From Cyanophora paradoxa CCMP329 (lineage: Eukaryota; Plantae; Glaucophyta), in NCBI GenBank assembly GCA_004431415.1, contig QPMI01000121.1:1-64000 (forward strand): a stretch of 64,000 nucleotides of DNA. The letters run 5' to 3'. Below the pieces are notes generated by a model. It was not told where the DNA came from, made no database searches, and saw nothing but the letters and a program-made list of their open reading frames with translations. How positions within the stretch are numbered: the first letter of the stretch is position 1; every line of letters begins with the position of its first letter. A program made the position numbers and the translations under genes. Positions 59,301 to 64,000 of the stretch are shown here, one piece after another.

Positions 59301-62300
59301 GCCGCCGCGTCAATCTCATGCAGCTTGGAAGGCTATGTGGTGCGTTGTTGTTTCCAATCGAATTTGGCTTGCCTGATATCAATAACGAACGCCTCGAATC
59401 TCGCAGTCTGACGAGTCCCAAACGTTCTGCGAGGTAAGCTGTTGCTGGCCTGATTCCGACAAGGAACGCGATGGCGACCGCCGGGGCGCAGGTCTGTTCG
59501 AGGGGCACCTTCAGAAATGCGACGATGTCCTACTGCGAGCCTTGGTCCGTCCGAGCATGCCCGGCCCTTTGTTTCATTGCGACGTGCAAGTTTTCGCGTT
59601 GATTGTGCGTGTTTCTCGCGCAGCCCGTCCGGCACCTTCGCGGCTGCCGCAGGATCCGCGGCCTGCACGCTGTGCTCGTCGACGCAGCTGTGCCCGATCG
59701 CGACGTCGGAGCCGATCGACATATCCGACTTCAAGAAACTCATATCGGAGACCATTTCCGAAGCGCTCGCCGCCGCGAAGGAGGGGCTGCAGCCCGCCAC
59801 AGGCAGAGTGCGGCGCGGCCTGCTGCTCGCTCGGAGGCTGCTGGGCGCCGGGGATTTCCTCAAGCGGATTTCGAGCGACGAGGCCGCGATGTCCTTTGTC
59901 AGCGAGAACGTGACGTGCGCGTGCATTCGTTCTGAGAGGGTCCGAATGCCGCCGACCCCCACTCGTGTCTGCTTCGCAGGTACGATACGAACACTGCAAC
60001 GATCGTCCGGCCTGTGCGTGGAGTATTGTAATCTTCACTTCCGAAAAACCCTGAGCTCGAGCGTTCGTTTCTCCAGGAAATCCGCACGGAAGAGGTCGCA
60101 AAGCAGCGCCTCTACCTGGTACGAAGTTGAACTAGCTAGATAGATAGCGCGGATATTCCGCTCTGGATCTCAATCGGAGCGACCGACCGCGCGCCCCGCG
60201 CAGGTCTTCGCGCTGCTGGTCTCGTGCGTCGGGGTCCTCCTGCTCCTCGCCGGCATCTGCCTCTACTCCTACCTAAAGGTACGCTCTGTTATGTTATGTT
60301 ATGGTATTTTATGCTATGTTTCGATCGGTACTCGTTTACGGATAGGTTCCGCTGGCTTCGCCGTCGGAGCGCAAGCTGGAGCGCGCAGAGCGCAGGCAGC
60401 GGCGAGCCGAGCGTGTAAGCCGAGCCAGTCGTTTAGTATTTCCTCTGTTACAAACTCGACAATTTATGGCGCGGCCGCGATTCGTCAGATCATGAAGCTC
60501 GACCGGCTTTACACAAACCTCATCGCCACAAAGCGCCAGGAGGTCAAAGGCGATGCGAAGAACGAGACGGCGAAGACGCAACAGGAGGAGGCGGCGGAGG
60601 ACGAAGAGGAGAACCAGAAGACTCTCTACGGCGTCATCTTCACGATGATCGGCATCGGTCTCGCCGCCATCGCAGCCGGCTACGTGCTGCTGCAATTCGT
60701 GCGCTCCGCGCTGCGCCGCGCGCATTCCGTACCGCCGCGCGGCTCCTAAGCCTTCGCCGCCTCGCACGCAGTCCATCGCGAACTTCAGCATCATCCAGAC
60801 GCTCCAGCCGGGGGCCTCGCCATCCGCCGCAGACATCGCCGGCGCGCTCAACGTCACCGCCTCCTTCGCTGGCTTTGCTGGTGCCCTCGTTCTTCGAATT
60901 TCAATATTGGTCTCGGTGTTTGCCTATGCTAATGATCGCGCAGGCCCATGCCAGATCGTGCAGCGATCCGGAGGAAGCGATGTGAACGCGTCGCGTTTCG
61001 ACGGGCGCGCGGGTGTCGACGTGTTCGTCTCGGGGATCGGGCCCGTCGACGGCTGGCCCGCGCCAGTCGCCGAAACGAGTTTCAGCGCCGGTCGCCGCAC
61101 ATGCTTGTCCGTTTGAATTTTTTATTTAGACCTAAATTTATTTTGTTCGACCGACCGACTCGCCTCTGCACGCAGAGTCAGCTGGCGGTGTGCGAAATGC
61201 CGTCTCCTGGCCGCCAGCAACGTCACTGTCGACTTCCGCCTCGTCTCGCGCCTCGCCTTTGCGGTCGCCGTCAACTACGCCATACAGGTCCGCCGCTCTC
61301 AGAAGCAGATCTTATCTCGTGTGGGTTCTCTAAAGCGAGATGCAGGTCCCGTCCAACCTGTCCATCGAGGGGGTCATCGTGCCCTCCTCGCAAGCCGAGT
61401 TCTCCGTCTTCCGCGGCACAGTCCCGGTCACCGTCCCCGTGTCTCTTTTCCCGCTGCACTTCGAGGTCTGGCGGACCGCCCTTGCGCGCTCCCAAGAACG
61501 CGCGCTCGGCGTTGATCTGCTCGCAGGACGAGCGCGACGGTACGCCGCGGTACGACGCGGCCCTGCGCCCTGCCGACAACCGGGCGACCGAGAAGGGCGA
61601 GGGATCGTTCGTGCGTACAGATCTGTGTCGGACCCCGACCGCTCGGATCACTGCCGCGTGTGCTTACGCCCCATCCCGCGCTCTGCAGGGCCTCTGCTCG
61701 TTCACGAAACCGCTCTCCGATCCGGAGTGTGCCGGGGAGTCGGTGACCTTCCGCGTCCTCTTCAACATCGACAACATCTACGTCCGAGTGCGTCCTTCTT
61801 GCCGGCCGTCACCCCGCTGCTGTTCCTTCCGCCTGTGCGTCGCGATCGTGACCGCCGCGCCCTGGCGCAGGTGTACCGCAAGGTGAAGGCCTCCATCGCC
61901 GACATGCTGGCGGACCTCTCGTCCCTCACGCAGACCGCTATCGGGGTGCGCCAGACCTGTCGTCCCTCACGCAGACCGCCGCCAGTGTCCGAGAGACGGT
62001 TCGCAGATCGGAGGCCAGATCGCAGTCGCGGCTCTCACGGCACGGTACTTCATGAAGGTATCGAGCAGCCGCTTTGTCTGGAGGAGGCCTAGGCCGACGC
62101 TGGGGGGCTCTGACCCCGCGCCTCCCGCAGGGGCGGCGCGGCCGGCCGACTGAAGACGCACGCGGAGAGCTCGCCGATCGCGACAGTTCGTCGACTGCCG
62201 GCTCGAGCGTGGCCGCAGATTCAAAGCTGCAGCTCCGGAATCCTGCCGTGGGCAAACAGCACGCAGCCTCTGCCAGCGACCTGAAGCCGGATGTGCCGAG

Positions 62301-62910
62301 ATCCTCAACACCCTCGGGTTCCGTGCGCGCGCCCGCACGAATGACTCGGAGGCGGAGCAACAGCTTCGGCGACATCGAGGGGCTCGGGGCTGTCCATATC
62401 TACGAGATCGACGACGACCCAGCGGAACGTGCATCAAGGGCCGCCCACGGGCAGCGCTCCAAGTCTCCTGCAGCTGGTCTGCCCCCGCGGCCGACGGCGA
62501 CGGCGGGCGGCCACGGCCAGGCCTCCCGATCCGCGGGCCCTTCGTCCTCGTCGGTCCAGCCCCTCATCCCTGGCCCCAGCAGCCGCTACGCTTACAGCGT
62601 CGCGAGCGCTACCGCCACGCTGCCCATCCCGAACCTCCCCGCAAGCGCAGTGCGGGTCATCAGCCTCTCGGGATCGAGCGCGGCGGGCAGTTCGAACTCG
62701 AGCGCGGGTGCGAGCAGTATGGAAGCGCAGCGGAGGGCCGCGGCCGCGGGCAGCGTCGGGGCGGCCTCCGCCCCTTTTGAGCTCGTGGGGCCTTCTCTCG
62801 ATTCCTCTAAGTCACCTTCGTCCTCGACCGCCGGCCCCAGCTCCGACAACGGCAGCCTAGGCCTGCGCGTGGAGCAACCGGCCGCGGGAACGCCCCTTGG
62901 CCAGGCCTAG
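37973..62910 (+). CDS. Giant multi-exon cell-surface protein: signal peptide, 8x LamG/ConA-like domains, FN3-like, unassigned beta-rich region, many Cys-rich GCC2/GCC3 (ephrin-receptor-like) repeats, 3 TM helices, Ser-rich tail
   Basis: Signal-like AAAALLLVVLLGLLRAAYG (~38075-38137). Repeats G.(Y/F)FG..P.F.LG.P.TF.FW..RIFDFG..WHHVA..YLDG..DFR(V/I)YS.ALS..LEL.Y.F.GC..D.SG..HG...GD start at ~39190, 40494, 41738, 42940, 44180, 45395, 46470 and 47723. FN3-like ~48860-49165. C..CP.GTY..C..C repeats ~52700-59700. TMs at ~60203-60278, 60625-60700 and ~61900-62055. Stop 62908-62910; 5' end uncertain. Confidence 0.85.
38155..39090. repeat. ~1-kb C-rich low-complexity first intron of the giant gene
   Basis: Poly-C runs and (CA)n; lies between the signal-peptide exon (donor GTGCG ~38154) and the first LamG exon. 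Confidence 0.7.
54397..57670 (+). repeat. Intragenic tandem duplication, offset 2288 bp, with a near-identical ~1-kb block
   Basis: 54397-55382 vs 56685-57670 are nearly identical including introns (TACCAACTCGGGGACAGC at 54721 and 57009). Confidence 0.93.
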
Positions 62911-63155
62911 GACGATGCTGTCCATGGGACAGCAGGCGCCGCCATCGACCGCGCTCGCTTCCAGATTTAGGAGAAGCATCTCGCTTACCTTGTAGCTTGC
63001 TTCACGTTGACTAGTAATCGCGGATATCGATGTATTGCAGCGATTTATGATGATCGTCACAAGAGTTTCGTAGAATGCAGCTCAGATTGATCCGGCTTTT
63101 TATGTAGCTAGAGTAAATATGTGGACTGTATCTATCCTATCAACGAATGCCATGG

Positions 63156-64000
63156 TCATGGGCCGAGCCTGCCGCCGAGGCCGCCGAGCGGGTCGGAGGC
63201 TTGAGCTCGGAGCAGCCGCCTGAGCCGCGCTGCGGCGAATCGCCGAGTCGCCGGCGATCGCGAGTTCGCTTCAACTTCGGGCACCCCCGAGGGCCCAGGG
63301 GCCCCGTCCTTGGAGGCGGCTGTACATGTCACCTGCCGCGCCGCGGCGACCAGCGCGACCTTGTCGCCCAACCTCGCCGCCAGCCTTGCGGCCCTCTCCT
63401 CCTCCTCCTCCTTTGCAAGCTCCTCAGCTGCGGGCTCCGGGAGGCCCGGGATCAGCTGCGAGAGACGTTCGAATTCGAATTGGGGCGGACCGGCGAGCTC
63501 GAGCTCCTCGGACGCGAGTGCGCTCCGCTCTTCGAACTGGTCCTCGTCGATTGGCCATGGCTCATTGAGGGCGCGCAGGTTCCAGTAGCAGATCTAGATG
63601 CAAATCTAAGCGCACGATCTTCATGACCTGTGCAAATCTAAGCACAGCAACACAAGTTTAGTTCGAAATTCAGGGCCCTCACCCGCGGCCGCTCGTTCGT
63701 GAGGCGATTCCGAAGCTTGCTGTGGATGTAGGCACGTAGACCAGTTGCGCTCGCAGAGAGAACAAGACATCGGAATCTGAGATCGAGAGGGTTTAGAGAC
63801 GAAATGGACAGGCCGAGAGTTATATATATTGAGGCAAACCGATGTGATGATCTTCATCGCCAGATCTAGATCACAGAGGGCCCCCACATGCAGGTTGTTG
63901 AGTGCGGGTTTCCGAAGTCCACTTCGTGCCCGGGGGCAGCAAGTTCGCGTGCGCCTTAATCATGAGCTGCTTCTTCTTCGAATTCCTGAAATTTAAAGCC
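63156..64000 (-). CDS. Possible 3' end of a convergent spliced gene, function unknown
   Basis: Minus-strand coding-like segments (..EELAKEEEERAARLAARLGDKVAL..; LNNLHVGALCDLDLAMKIITS) with intron-like GT..CAG spacers; frame not resolved. Confidence 0.3.

Noticed and set aside
1-64000. Hundreds of overlapping Pro/Arg/Gly/Ala-rich ORFs in the ORF track
   Set aside because: Expected in very GC-rich DNA with few stop codons; most are off-frame, antisense or run through introns of the spliced genes.
1-64000. tRNA/rRNA/snRNA genes
   Set aside because: No recognisable cloverleaf, rRNA or snRNA signature seen by eye; tRNAscan-SE/Infernal are needed to exclude them.

Overview
Eukaryotic, very GC-rich, intron-dense nuclear DNA. 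Introns are mostly about 45-90 nt with GT/GC..CAG ends; the style recalls the glaucophyte Cyanophora, which is an unverified guess. Most ORF-track entries are off-frame or run through introns, so I rebuilt genes by splicing by eye and exon boundaries are approximate. Host genes: (1) 3' part of a sAC/ADCY10-type STAND-NTPase/TPR gene (<52-7705,+); (2) a membrane class III nucleotidyl cyclase with inverted C2-like/C1-like domain order and adenine-type residues (~10741-17323,+); (3) a protein with ~20 C2HC zinc fingers and a C-terminal SAM domain (18152-25481,-); (4) head-to-head with it, a secreted Temptin-domain / ferric reductase (FRE/NOX) fusion (25693-31275,+); (5) a ~25 kb surface-protein gene with 8x LamG-like, FN3, Cys-rich GCC2/GCC3 repeats and three C-terminal TM helices (~37973-62910,+); (6) a possible gene end at the right edge. 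Intergenic DNA is packed with MITEs (TA-TSD Tc1/mariner-type, 8-bp-TSD hAT, 2-bp-TSD CACAG). The best candidate for a new system is a 2703-bp CACAG-terminal EnSpm/CACTA-like element (33606-36308). Its 2-bp TSD is confirmed by an adjacent empty-site copy. It has no recognisable transposase but carries a spliced BAH-like-domain gene and probably a second, convergent gene; a 242-bp MITE with the same termini lies ~370 bp away.
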